A DNA stretch of 64,000 bases, from NCBI GenBank assembly GCA_965242525.1, contig OZ251459.1, positions 1,248,001 through 1,312,000 on the forward strand, read 5' to 3'. Within the stretch, counting starts at the first letter, position 1, and the number at the start of each line of letters is the position of its first letter. The notes beneath the pieces were generated by a model. The model had not been told where the DNA came from, searched no databases, and saw nothing but the letters and a program-made list of their open reading frames with translations. The position numbers and the translations under genes were made by a program. This document shows positions 8,824-18,564 of this stretch, piece after piece. Source of the DNA: an uncultured Candidatus Binatia bacterium. GTDB lineage: Bacteria; Desulfobacterota; Binatia; UBA9968; JAJDTQ01.

Positions 8824-10479
8824 ATGACCAACCAACGACCCTATGAGGACCTGCGCGAGTTCCTGGCGGTGCTCGAAGACGCGGGGAAGCTCGTCCGCGT
8901 TACGCGGGAAATCAACAAGGACACGGAGTTGCAGCCGCTGGTGCGGTTGCAGTTCCGGGGCCTGGAAGACGAGGAGCGCAAGGCGTTCCTGTTCGAGAAC
9001 GTCACCGACTCCAAGGGTCGGCGCTACGACGGCTCGGTGCTGGTGGGGGGGCTGTCCGGGTCCACCGCCATCTATTGCATGGGCCTCCGGTGCCGCCCGG
9101 ATGAGGTCCCGGACCGGTGGTTCGAGGCCATGGAGAACCCCGTCCCGCCGGAGACCGTGGCCCGGGGCCCGGTCATGGAGGTGGTCCACAAGGGCGGCGA
9201 CCTGCCCGCTAGCCGCGGCTTCGCCCGGTTCCCCATCCCCATCTCCACCCCGGGGTTCGACAACGGCCCCTACATCACCGCAGGCCACTGGATCACCAGG
9301 GACCCGGAGACGGGCGCGCGCAACGTGGGCAACTACCGGGGGCTGGTCAAGTCCCCGCTGGTCTGCGGGGCCAACTCGGGCACGCCCCAGGACCTCTCGG
9401 CCCACTGGGAGAAGTGCCGGCAGCGGGGCATCCCCCTGGAGGTGGCCATCGCCGTGGGCACGGTGCCCGCGGTCTCCTACACCGCTACCCAGAAGGTGCC
9501 GCCGGACATGGACGAGATCGCCCTGGCCGGCGGCCTGGCGCGCAGCCCCGTCCAACTCGTCAAGTGCCAGACCGTGGACCTGGAAGTGCCGGCCACCTCG
9601 GAGGTGGTGTTCGAGGGGATCATCCCCACCCATTACCTGGAGGAGGAAGGCCCGTTCGGCGAGTCCATGGGTTACGTGGACCCGCGCACCATCGGCCCGG
9701 TCATGGAGCTTACCTGCGTCATGCACCGAAAGGACCCCGTGTGGGTCTCCATCATCAGCCAGGTCACCCCCAGCGAGAGCTCGAAGATCAAGGCCATGGG
9801 GATGAGCACCCTGGTGCGCCGCTACCTCAACGGGCAGGGCTTCGAGTCCGTGCGCGAGGTCTATATGATGGAGGAGCTCGTGAACCTGCGGCCCTACGTC
9901 GCCGTGCGCATGAAGAAGGAGGACGACGACGAGCCCCGGCGAGTCATGGAGAGCGTGCTCCGGTACGGCGACCGGGTGGGCAAGTTCATCGTGACGGTGG
10001 ACGAGGACATCAACGTGAGCGACCCCGTGGCCGTGACCTGGGCCATCACGCACCGGTGCCAGCCCCACCGGGACGTCACCATCGTGCCCGACCGCCCCTT
10101 CGGGGCCACTCCCATCGGCATGGTGGTGAGCCACCCTTCCAGCCGGTACGACGGCGCCGACTCGGCGCTGCTCATCGACGCCACCCGCAAGGCCGACCTG
10201 CCCCCCCTGTCGCTGCCCAGGAAGCCCTACATGGACCGGGCGGTGGAGTTGTGGAAGGACCTCGGGCTGCCCGAGCTCCGGCTCAAGGAGCCGTGGCACG
10301 GCTACCTCATGGGGCTGTGGCCCGAGGAGCTGGACGAAGAGGCGCGCCTCGCGGCCGCGGGCGATTACGAGAAGGTGGGAGAGAAACTCAAGGGAACGCG
10401 CGTGAACGTGGGCGAGGGACAGACGCTCAAATCCATCCGTCAGGAGTGGGGCAAGACCCACGCCGGACGCTCGGTATGA
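8824..10479 (+). CDS. UbiD family (prFMN-dependent) decarboxylase
   Basis: YEDLREFL, DPETGARNVGNYRG, EGPFGE, VDEDIN, LIDATRK. Confidence 0.92.
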   Translation: MTNQRPYEDLREFLAVLEDAGKLVRVTREINKDTELQPLVRLQFRGLEDEERKAFLFENVTDSKGRRYDGSVLVGGLSGSTAIYCMGLRCRPDEVPDRWFEAMENPVPPETVARGPVMEVVHKGGDLPASRGFARFPIPISTPGFDNGPYITAGHWITRDPETGARNVGNYRGLVKSPLVCGANSGTPQDLSAHWEKCRQRGIPLEVAIAVGTVPAVSYTATQKVPPDMDEIALAGGLARSPVQLVKCQTVDLEVPATSEVVFEGIIPTHYLEEEGPFGESMGYVDPRTIGPVMELTCVMHRKDPVWVSIISQVTPSESSKIKAMGMSTLVRRYLNGQGFESVREVYMMEELVNLRPYVAVRMKKEDDDEPRRVMESVLRYGDRVGKFIVTVDEDINVSDPVAVTWAITHRCQPHRDVTIVPDRPFGATPIGMVVSHPSSRYDGADSALLIDATRKADLPPLSLPRKPYMDRAVELWKDLGLPELRLKEPWHGYLMGLWPEELDEEARLAAAGDYEKVGEKLKGTRVNVGEGQTLKSIRQEWGKTHAGRSV

Positions 10480-10604
10480 CCGGAGAGGGGACCCGGGTCG
10501 GGCCGCGGACGGGACGCGGCGGACGCCCCGGAACCCGCTGCGGCGGTCGGGAACGCCCCGCGGGTGAACCCGCGAACGTCGAGCGCTGCGAGTCGAGGCC
10601 AACC

Positions 10605-11171
10605 ATGAATTCAGCCATGAAGAGAGACTTGGTGCTGAACGTCAACGGCGAGGAGCACGACGTGGAGGTGCGGCCCAACCGCCTGCTGCTGGAGGCCCTG
10701 CGCGAGGACATCGGACTCACCGGCACCAAGGAGGGTTGCAGCATCGGCGTGTGCGGCGCGTGCAGCGTCATCGTGGACGGCCGGCTGGTGAGCTCGTGCC
10801 TGACCCTGGCGGTGTCCTGCCGGGGCAAGAAGATCGAGACCATCGAGGGGCTTGCCCAGGACGGCGCGCTCCACCCGCTCCAGCAGGCGTTCGTGCAGTA
10901 CGGCGGGCTCCAGTGCGGCATCTGCACCCCGGGACAGATCATGGCCGCCAAGGCGCTGCTGGACCAGGAACCCAACCCCGACACGGAGCAGGTGAAGGAG
11001 TGGATGTCCGCCAACCTGTGCCGCTGTACCGGTTATTACAAGATACTGGAGTCGGTCATGGCGGTGGTGGAAGGCAAGGTGACGGTGGAGAAGCGCGGCG
11101 ACACCGCCCACAAGGCCCGGATCCAGAGCCTCTACCAGTCCGACACCTACAAGAGCGGCTCCTCCGACTGA
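10605..11171 (+). CDS. Molybdenum hydroxylase small (2Fe-2S) subunit, CoxS/XdhC-like
   Basis: [32 protein letters not shown]. Confidence 0.93.
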   Translation: MNSAMKRDLVLNVNGEEHDVEVRPNRLLLEALREDIGLTGTKEGCSIGVCGACSVIVDGRLVSSCLTLAVSCRGKKIETIEGLAQDGALHPLQQAFVQYGGLQCGICTPGQIMAAKALLDQEPNPDTEQVKEWMSANLCRCTGYYKILESVMAVVEGKVTVEKRGDTAHKARIQSLYQSDTYKSGSSD

Positions 11172-11196
11172 GGACGGAGCCGGCCGGAGAGGAGAC

Positions 11197-13479
11197 ATGG
11201 GCAAGGCAGGGAATTTCGCGGTGCTGGGCCGGAAGGTCGATCGGTTCGAGGGCCACGACAAGGTCACAGGCGGCGCGGCCTACGTGGCCGACGTCTTCCT
11301 CCCCGGAATGCTCACGGGCCGGATCCTGAGGAGCCCCCTGCCCCACGCCCGCATCCGCAGCATCGACGCCAGCCGGGCGGAGAAGGTCCGGGGGGTCAAG
11401 GCGGTGGTGACCGCGGACGACACCATCAAGCAGGGATGGGGGGCCTTCTTTCCCGACCAGTACCCCCTGTCCGTGGGCAAGGTCCGGTACGTGGGCGAGG
11501 AGGTGGCCGCGGTGGCCGCCATCGACCGGGACACCGCGGAGGAGGCGCTGGAGCGCATCGAGGTGGAATGGGAGGAGTTGCCCGCGGTCTTCGACGCGGA
11601 AGAGGCCATGCAGGACGGCGCGCCGCTCCTCCATGAGGACAAGGACAACAACGTGGCCCTCACCATCGACGTGGAGCGCGGCGACGTGGACGCGGCCTTC
11701 CGGGACTCGGACCTGGTGGTGGAGGACACCTTCGAGAGCGTGCCCCAGTGGCACTCGGCCATCGAGACCATCGGCAGCGTGGCCGACTACTCGGCCAACG
11801 GCAAGTACACGGTCTATATGAACACGCAGACGCTGTTCATGGCCCGGCACCGAATCGCGGTGGCCCTGGGCGTGCGCGAGGCCGACGTGCGCATCATCCA
11901 GACCGCGGTGGGCGGGGGGTTCGGCGGCAAGTCCTGCGACGACAACAACGCGGTGGTGAGCGCCATCCTGGCCCGCAAGGCCCGCCGCCCGGTGAAGATC
12001 ATCAACACCCGAGAGGAGGAGTTCCTGGCCGGCAGCCGGCCCCGGGTCAACATGAAGGTGTGGGTGCGCATGGGCTTCGAGCGCGACGGCCGGATCCGCG
12101 CCAAGCACATGAAGATCATCGCGGACAACGGCGCCTACAGCGGCAAGGCCCCGGCCATCACCGGGGTCGCGGCCCTGCGCCACGACACCTGCTACAAGTA
12201 CTCGGACGTCCGCTCCCAGGCGTACCTGGTCTATACCAACAAGATCCCCACCGGAGCGTTCCGGGGCTTCGGCAACCCCTCCGCGGAGTTCTCGGTGGAG
12301 CAGATGATGGACATGGCCGCGGACGAGCTGGGCATGGACCCGTTCGAGCTCGCGCGCCTCAACGCCGCGGAGCCGGACTACGTCTCGCCCCACGGCAACC
12401 GCGTCATCAGTTGCGAGCTCAAGCAGTGCATCGACCGCACCGAACGGATGATCGGCTGGAAGGAGAAACGCGCCAACCGGCAGCCCAACCGGGGGCTCGG
12501 CATGGGCTGCACCGTGCACGTGAGCGGCAAGCGCCACTTCGGCGACTACGACGGCAGCTCGGCCACCATCAAGATGAACGAGGACGGCAAGGCGTTCATC
12601 CTGAGCGGCGAGGGAGAGACCGGCCAGGGGCACTGGACCGCCATGTGCCAGATCGCCGCGGAGGAACTGGGCGTCCCCTTCTCCGACGTGGCCATCTCCG
12701 AAGCCGACACCGACCTCACCACGTTCTGCCTCGGCAACTACGCCAGCCGCCTGACCTACGTGGGCGGCAACGCGGTGAAGAACGCGGCCGCCAAGGTCAG
12801 GGAGATCCTGTTCGAGACCGCCTCGGAGATGCTGGAAGCGGACCCGTCGGACCTGGTGTCCCGGGACGGCTTCGTCTTCGTGCAGGGGGCCGAGCAGCGC
12901 TCCGTCAGCGTGGCGGACGTGGTGCGGACGCGGCAGTTCCGCCGCGGCGGCGCTCCGGTGGTGGCCTCCGGCAGCTTCGACGCCGACTCCGTGAGCCAGG
13001 ACAGCCTGCGCTACGGCAACGAGTCCGGGGCCTACAACTTCGGCTGCCAGGCCGCGGAGGTGGAGGTGGACCCGGAGACCGGCCGGGTGACCGTGCTCCG
13101 GTACGCGGTGGCGTCGGACTGCGGCACGGTCATCTTCCCGGTGGGAGCCGAGGGCCAAGTGGAAGGCTCCATCGCCCAGGGGCTCGGCTACGCGCTCATC
13201 GAAGGCATACGCATGGAGGAAGGCCGTCCGGTCAACCCCAACTTCAGCGACTACCGGCTGGCCTCCATGCGCGACATGCCCGACCTAGTGCACGAGTTCG
13301 CGGACTCCTACGAGCCCACCGGCCCCTTCGGCGCCAAGGGCCTGGGGGAGCTCGGCATGGACCCGGTGGCGGCCATCATCAGCAACGCCATCTACGACGC
13401 GGTGGGGGTGCGCATCAAGACCCTGCCCATCACCGCGGAGAAGGTGCTGCGGGCCATCCGGGAAAAGAAAGGGAGCTGA
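11197..13479 (+). CDS. Xanthine dehydrogenase family molybdopterin-binding large subunit
   Basis: SPLPHARI, GGGFGGK, AFRGFG, GETGQG, GAKGLGE. Confidence 0.93.
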   Translation: MGKAGNFAVLGRKVDRFEGHDKVTGGAAYVADVFLPGMLTGRILRSPLPHARIRSIDASRAEKVRGVKAVVTADDTIKQGWGAFFPDQYPLSVGKVRYVGEEVAAVAAIDRDTAEEALERIEVEWEELPAVFDAEEAMQDGAPLLHEDKDNNVALTIDVERGDVDAAFRDSDLVVEDTFESVPQWHSAIETIGSVADYSANGKYTVYMNTQTLFMARHRIAVALGVREADVRIIQTAVGGGFGGKSCDDNNAVVSAILARKARRPVKIINTREEEFLAGSRPRVNMKVWVRMGFERDGRIRAKHMKIIADNGAYSGKAPAITGVAALRHDTCYKYSDVRSQAYLVYTNKIPTGAFRGFGNPSAEFSVEQMMDMAADELGMDPFELARLNAAEPDYVSPHGNRVISCELKQCIDRTERMIGWKEKRANRQPNRGLGMGCTVHVSGKRHFGDYDGSSATIKMNEDGKAFILSGEGETGQGHWTAMCQIAAEELGVPFSDVAISEADTDLTTFCLGNYASRLTYVGGNAVKNAAAKVREILFETASEMLEADPSDLVSRDGFVFVQGAEQRSVSVADVVRTRQFRRGGAPVVASGSFDADSVSQDSLRYGNESGAYNFGCQAAEVEVDPETGRVTVLRYAVASDCGTVIFPVGAEGQVEGSIAQGLGYALIEGIRMEEGRPVNPNFSDYRLASMRDMPDLVHEFADSYEPTGPFGAKGLGELGMDPVAAIISNAIYDAVGVRIKTLPITAEKVLRAIREKKGS

Positions 13480-13481
13480 CC

Positions 13482-14345
13482 ATGCGGGCCGATTTCGACT
13501 ACCGGGAGCCCGCGAGCCTGGACGAGGCCTGCGGCCTGCTCCAGGAGCACGGCGGCGACGCCAAGCTACTGGCCGGCGGCACCGCCCTGGTCATGTGGCT
13601 ACGCATGGGGCTGCTGAGCCCCGGGGTCGTGGTCAGCCTCGACCAAGTGCCCGGCCTGGACGACATCTCCTTCGACCCCTCGGACGGCCTCCGCATCGGC
13701 GCCGGGGTCAGGCACCGGGACCTGGAGTTGTGCCCGGAGGTCCGGGAGCGCTATCCCCTGCTCCGGGAGACCTTCCACAAGGTGGCGCAACCGAGGATCC
13801 GCCTGATGGCCACCGTGGGCGGCAACCTGAGCCACGGCGACCCCATGACGGACCCGGGGGCGAGCTTCATGGCGCTGGACGCGGAGGTCACGCTCAGGAG
13901 CAGCCGGGGCGAGCGCGTCGTGCCGGTGGAGGAGTTCTTCGTGGACTACTACGAGACCGCGCTGGAGCCCGACGAGGTCCTCACGCGCGTGCGCGTGCCC
14001 CCGCCCGCGGCCCGGGGATGGTCCCACGTCAAGTTCACGCCCCGGAGCGAGGAAGACTTCGCCACCGTGGGAGTGGCCGTGACCATGAGCGGCGAGGGCG
14101 GCCGCTGTGACGACGTGCACATCGCCCTCAACTCCGCAGGCCCCGCCATCTTCCGCGCCCGGGCCGCGGAAGAGGTGCTGCGGGGCCGGGAAGCGACCCC
14201 CGCCCGGCTGGACGAGGCCGGGGCTGCGGCCGCGGCCGCGGCCGACCCCATCGAGGACGTGCGCGGCTCCTCCGAGTACAAGCGCGAGCTCGCCGCGGTC
14301 CTGGTGCGCCGGGCCGCGGCCGAGGCCCTCTCCCGGCTGGGGTGA
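13482..14345 (+). CDS. Molybdenum hydroxylase FAD-binding medium subunit, CoxM-like
   Basis: LLAGGTAL, ATVGGNL, DVRGSSEYKR. Confidence 0.92.
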   Translation: MRADFDYREPASLDEACGLLQEHGGDAKLLAGGTALVMWLRMGLLSPGVVVSLDQVPGLDDISFDPSDGLRIGAGVRHRDLELCPEVRERYPLLRETFHKVAQPRIRLMATVGGNLSHGDPMTDPGASFMALDAEVTLRSSRGERVVPVEEFFVDYYETALEPDEVLTRVRVPPPAARGWSHVKFTPRSEEDFATVGVAVTMSGEGGRCDDVHIALNSAGPAIFRARAAEEVLRGREATPARLDEAGAAAAAAADPIEDVRGSSEYKRELAAVLVRRAAAEALSRLG

Positions 14346-14383
14346 CCCTCCGCGAGAGCCGCCCGATAAACGGAAGGACCCCC

Positions 14384-15307
14384 ATGCGCCTCGGCCTGCC
14401 CGACTTCGTCTCCAACTCGTACTTTCCCGCCATCGCCGCGGTGGAGCTCGGATTCTTCCGGGCCGAAGGGCTGGACATGGAGCTGGATCTCATCTTCCCG
14501 GTGCCCAGAACCTTCGAGGCGTTGCGGGACCGCGAGATCGACTTCGTGGCGGCGTCGGCCCACGCCACCCTGACCGCGTTCCCGGAATGGAAAGGCGCCA
14601 AGCTGCTGGCGGCGCTGGCCTCCCACATGTACTGGTTCCTGGTGCTGCGCTCGGACCTGGGCGCCAAGCGCGGCGAGGTGGAGGCGGTCAAGGGCCTCCG
14701 CATCGGCGCCGCCCCGGGCGTGGACCTGGGGCTCAGGCGCCTGCTGGCGGCCGCGGGCATCGACCCGCAAGCGGACGACGTGCGCATCGGGCCGGTGCCC
14801 GGGGCCGCGGAAGCCGGCGTCTCCTTCGGCGTGACCGCGGCCAGGGCCCTGGCCGACGGCCTCATCGACGGCTTCTGGGCCAACGGCATGGGAGCGGAAG
14901 TGGCGGTGCGCAGCGGGGCCGGCGCCGTGGTGCTCGACATACGGCGCGGCGAGGGACCCCCGGAGGCCCGGGGCTACACCTTTCCCGCCCTGGTCACGTC
15001 GGACCGGCTGATCGCCGAGGGCCCGGATGCGGCCGCGGCTGCGGTCCGCGCACTGGTGCGGACGCAGCGGGCCCTGGTGGAGGACCCCGGACGGGCCGCG
15101 GCCGTGGGCAAGGCCCTCTACCCCGCGGAAGAGGCGCAACTCATCGCCGGGCTCGTCGAACGCGACGCTCCCTACTACGACCCCCGGATTTCCGAGGAAG
15201 CGGTGGCCGGCATGAACCGTTTCGCCCGGGACGTGGGCCTGCTCTCCGGCCCCGTTCCCTACGAAGAGGTGGTGGCGGTCCGGTTCAGCCGCCTGTGGGA
15301 CGGTTAG
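14384..15307 (+). CDS. NMT1/THI5/TauA-like substrate-binding protein
   Basis: AVELGFFRAEGLDMEL, VKGLRIGA, ALADGLIDGF; no obvious signal peptide. Confidence 0.8.
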   Translation: MRLGLPDFVSNSYFPAIAAVELGFFRAEGLDMELDLIFPVPRTFEALRDREIDFVAASAHATLTAFPEWKGAKLLAALASHMYWFLVLRSDLGAKRGEVEAVKGLRIGAAPGVDLGLRRLLAAAGIDPQADDVRIGPVPGAAEAGVSFGVTAARALADGLIDGFWANGMGAEVAVRSGAGAVVLDIRRGEGPPEARGYTFPALVTSDRLIAEGPDAAAAAVRALVRTQRALVEDPGRAAAVGKALYPAEEAQLIAGLVERDAPYYDPRISEEAVAGMNRFARDVGLLSGPVPYEEVVAVRFSRLWDG

Positions 15308-15397
15308 CGCCCGACCGTGGGACCCGGAACCGCGCAGTGACGACGCCGGCCGACCGGGCCGGCGTCACGGGCTTTCTCGACTGCGGAAGGAAGACTC

Positions 15398-16186
15398 ATG
15401 GACCTGTCACGCTTTTCCCTCGAAGGACGCACTACGATCATCACCGGCGGCAGCGGCGGAATCGGTCGGGCCTGCGCGCTGGCCTTCGCCCAGGCCGGCT
15501 CCGACGTGGTGGTGGCCTCCCTCCCCCCGGAGTCCATACAGCCGGTGGTGGACGAGGTCGAAGCCCTGGGCGTGAGCGCCCTGGGCATAGCCGCGGACGT
15601 CTCCCGGGAGGAGCAGGTGGAGGAGATGGCGGCGGCCGTGCTGGACCGGTTCGGGCGCATCGACGCCCTCCTGAACGTGGCCGGCGGCTCCTACAGCCGG
15701 AACCCGGCCATGCCGGCGTTCCAGCGGGCGCCGCTGCTGGAGCTCTCGCCGGAGGACTTCATGGGCGTTTACGACGTCAACGTGAAGACGGCCTTCCTCT
15801 GCGCCAAGGCGGTGGCGCCGCACATGAAGCAACGCGGCAAGGGCGCCATCGTCAACGTGGGATCCATCTCCGGCCGCTCCACCAAGCACGAGCGCCCGAA
15901 CATGGCCGCCTACGGCACGGCCAAGGCCGCGGTCATGAACCTCACCTTCCACATGGCGAACCAGTGGGGGCCGGAGATACGGGTGAACGCGGTGGCCCCG
16001 GGGATCATCGACACACCCCGGCCCGGCGGCGCGAGCCTCGGAGGCATGGAGCCCGGCGGCCTGGAGAACATCGCGCTGGGACGCCACGGAAGGGCCGACG
16101 AGGTGGCCGGCGTCGCCCTGTTCCTGGCTTCCGACGCGGCGTCGTTCGTGAACGGGTCGGTGGTGGACGTGAACGGCGGCGAGTAG
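15398..16186 (+). CDS. Short-chain dehydrogenase/reductase
   Basis: TGGSGGIG, NVAG, YGTAK (YxxxK), IRVNAVAPG. Confidence 0.93.
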   Translation: MDLSRFSLEGRTTIITGGSGGIGRACALAFAQAGSDVVVASLPPESIQPVVDEVEALGVSALGIAADVSREEQVEEMAAAVLDRFGRIDALLNVAGGSYSRNPAMPAFQRAPLLELSPEDFMGVYDVNVKTAFLCAKAVAPHMKQRGKGAIVNVGSISGRSTKHERPNMAAYGTAKAAVMNLTFHMANQWGPEIRVNAVAPGIIDTPRPGGASLGGMEPGGLENIALGRHGRADEVAGVALFLASDAASFVNGSVVDVNGGE

Positions 16187-16188
16187 CC

Positions 16189-18348
16189 CTACCGGGTCAC
16201 GGGCTGCCCTTGCGAATCCACCGCCAGGGTGGACGCGGGAGCCGCGGGAACCCTCGTGAGGGCCATGAAGTCCGCGAGGATGTGGACGGCCTCGTGGAGG
16301 ATGGGGTCTTCGTCCAGGGGCTCGTCAGCGGGACTTGCCGGGGCTTCCGCCTGCTTCTCGTGATGGGCCGTCAACTCGGCGAAGTCCGCGAAGGGCTTCT
16401 CGCCCTTGGCCCGGCGCCGGGCGTTCTCGCTCCGGAGCTCCAGGATCTCCCGGCGTTCCTTCCCGGCTCGCCGGGTCTCCTCCCTCAGCGACACCGCGGT
16501 CTCCGCACGCTCCTCCACCAGGCGTTCGATGCGCGCCGCCAGATGGGCGAAGTCCGGGTCCGCGCCCACCCGCTCCCGGTGCCGCCGCGCCAGGGCCTCG
16601 AAGTAGGGCTCGGTCTCCCCCACCCGCGCATACCGGGCCTGCTTGATGGAGTCCCAGGGCAAGGCGTGGTCCAGCGAGCTCTCCCCCACCTCGGTCTTGT
16701 CGATCGCGTCCGGGAGCTCCATGTCGGGTATGACCCCGCGGTGTTGGACGCTTCCCCCGGAGATGCGGTAGAACTTGGCCTGGGTGAGCTTCAGCCGTCC
16801 CCGACTGATGCGGATGAGGGTCTGGACGGTGCCCTTTCCGAAGGTCTGCCCGCCCGCCACCAGCCCCCTGCGGTAGTCCTGGACGGCGCCGGCGAAGATC
16901 TCCGAAGCCGACGCGCTGAGCCGGTTCACCAGCACCACCAGCGGCCCCTCGTGGACGGCGCCCGCATCCTCGTCCGAATGGATCCGGATCAGCCCCTGGC
17001 CGTCCCGGACCTGCACCACCGGACCCCGGTCGATGAACAGGCCCACGAGGTCGATGGCTTCCCGAAGGGACCCTCCGCCGTTGTCCCGCAAGTCGATGAC
17101 CAGCCCCGACACATGGGCCTCGCGCAGCTCCTCCAGCAACCGCTTCACGTCCCGGACCGTGCTCTTGTAGTTGGGGTCCCCGGCTTCGAGCGCGCGAAAG
17201 TCCGCGTAGAACGTGGGTATGCGGATGACGCCCACCTTCTCGGCGCGCCCTCCGACCTCCACTTCCGTCACCCTGCTGCTGGCCTGCTGGTCTTCGAGAT
17301 CGACCTTGTTGCGGACGATGCGGATGACCCTCCGCTGCTTCGCGGCGCTGGCCTGGGGAACGATCTCCAGCCGCACGGTGGTGTCCTTGGGGCCGCGGAT
17401 CAGGGAGACCACCTCGTCCAGGCGCATGCCGAGGACGTCCACCATCTCCCCCTGCTCGCCCTGGGCCACGCCGACGATGCGGTCCCCGGGCTTCAGGTCG
17501 CCGGCCTTGTCGGCCGGTCCGCCGGCGACCAGCCGCAAGACCTTGACGCTCTCGCCGTCGGCTTGCAGCACGGCGCCGATCCCCTCCAGGGACAAGCTCA
17601 TGTGGATGTTGAAGTTCTCGCTCTGATGAGGCGGAAAATAAGCGGAATGTGGGTCGATGGCCCTGAGGAAGGCGTTGGTGTAAACGCGGAACGCGTCGGC
17701 GCCGTTGGCTTGACGCACCCGCACCCGCTGGTTGGCGTAACGCCGCCGGAGCGACTCGCGGACCTCTCCGGGTTCCGTTCCGGCCAGCAGTCCGTTCAAC
17801 ACGTCGCCCTTGAGTTGCCTGCGCCACAGGGTCTCGAGACCGGCCATGGAGCCGGCCCACTCCGCGTTCTTCCGGGGGAGGCTCTCGTCCTTCTCGAAGT
17901 CCAGGGCGTCGAACTCCTCGTCGATGACCCGGATGACGAAGCCGAGGCGCTGCATCAACCGCCGTCGATAGCGGTTGAATATCCCGAAGGCAGGCTCCAG
18001 GTCCCCGGCCTGGAGCAGGTCGTCGAACCGGGTCCTCAGCCGCTCGAACTCCAGGACGTCTCCGGCATGGAAGTAGCTCCGGGAGGGATCCAGGGCCTTG
18101 AGGTAGGAGTCGAAGATCCGGCTCGACGCCCGGTCGTCCAGGGTGACGTCCTTGTAGTGTCCCTTGGTGAGGTTTGCGAGGATCTCGGCGCTGACGGCCG
18201 ACTGCTGGGACTCCGGCGCAAGCTCCCGGACAGGGGCAAGGTCCTCCTGGACCACCGGCTCCTGGCCCCACGCCGGTCCCGCCAGCAACCAGACCGCGGC
18301 TGCGGCGACCATGAGACGGCGTCTCGATCGTGGGCGTGCGTGATCCAT
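16189..18348 (-). CDS. prc: Carboxy-terminal processing (tail-specific) protease, S41A, with PDZ domain
   Basis: Signal peptide, DPHSAY, EGIGAVL, DLRDNGGGSL, SASASEIFAGAVQDY, TFGKGTVQ. Confidence 0.93.
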   Translation of the reverse strand: MDHARPRSRRRLMVAAAAVWLLAGPAWGQEPVVQEDLAPVRELAPESQQSAVSAEILANLTKGHYKDVTLDDRASSRIFDSYLKALDPSRSYFHAGDVLEFERLRTRFDDLLQAGDLEPAFGIFNRYRRRLMQRLGFVIRVIDEEFDALDFEKDESLPRKNAEWAGSMAGLETLWRRQLKGDVLNGLLAGTEPGEVRESLRRRYANQRVRVRQANGADAFRVYTNAFLRAIDPHSAYFPPHQSENFNIHMSLSLEGIGAVLQADGESVKVLRLVAGGPADKAGDLKPGDRIVGVAQGEQGEMVDVLGMRLDEVVSLIRGPKDTTVRLEIVPQASAAKQRRVIRIVRNKVDLEDQQASSRVTEVEVGGRAEKVGVIRIPTFYADFRALEAGDPNYKSTVRDVKRLLEELREAHVSGLVIDLRDNGGGSLREAIDLVGLFIDRGPVVQVRDGQGLIRIHSDEDAGAVHEGPLVVLVNRLSASASEIFAGAVQDYRRGLVAGGQTFGKGTVQTLIRISRGRLKLTQAKFYRISGGSVQHRGVIPDMELPDAIDKTEVGESSLDHALPWDSIKQARYARVGETEPYFEALARRHRERVGADPDFAHLAARIERLVEERAETAVSLREETRRAGKERREILELRSENARRRAKGEKPFADFAELTAHHEKQAEAPASPADEPLDEDPILHEAVHILADFMALTRVPAAPASTLAVDSQGQPVTR

Positions 18349-18564
18349 TCGCGTTCCTTCCCCGTGCGGCGCAAGGACCGGGAACCCCGGGACATGATCC
18401 CGGCGCCGGTCCCGGATGCGTGCAAGTCCCGTCCAATCTAATCCAACGTTCCCGCTCCTTCAAGCACCGGCCGCGGGTTCCGCCCGCCCCTGCCGCCTTG
18501 CTTCCGAGGCCCGTTCGCGTTAGCCTTGGGACAAGTCCGTAGCGCCCGCCGGGGATCGGAACCC

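Noticed and set aside
11197-13479. Aerobic CO dehydrogenase (coxL) call for either Mo subunit
   Set aside because: Active-site loops are AFRGFG and AFRGYG, not form I AYxCSFR, and there are no cox accessory genes
14107-18441. 1444-aa ORF and other very long overlapping ORFs (3410..6355, 6000..8414, 43488..46244, 47722..50193)
   Set aside because: Shadow frames of a high-GC genome: Arg/Pro/Gly-rich, motif-free, and overlapping well-supported genes
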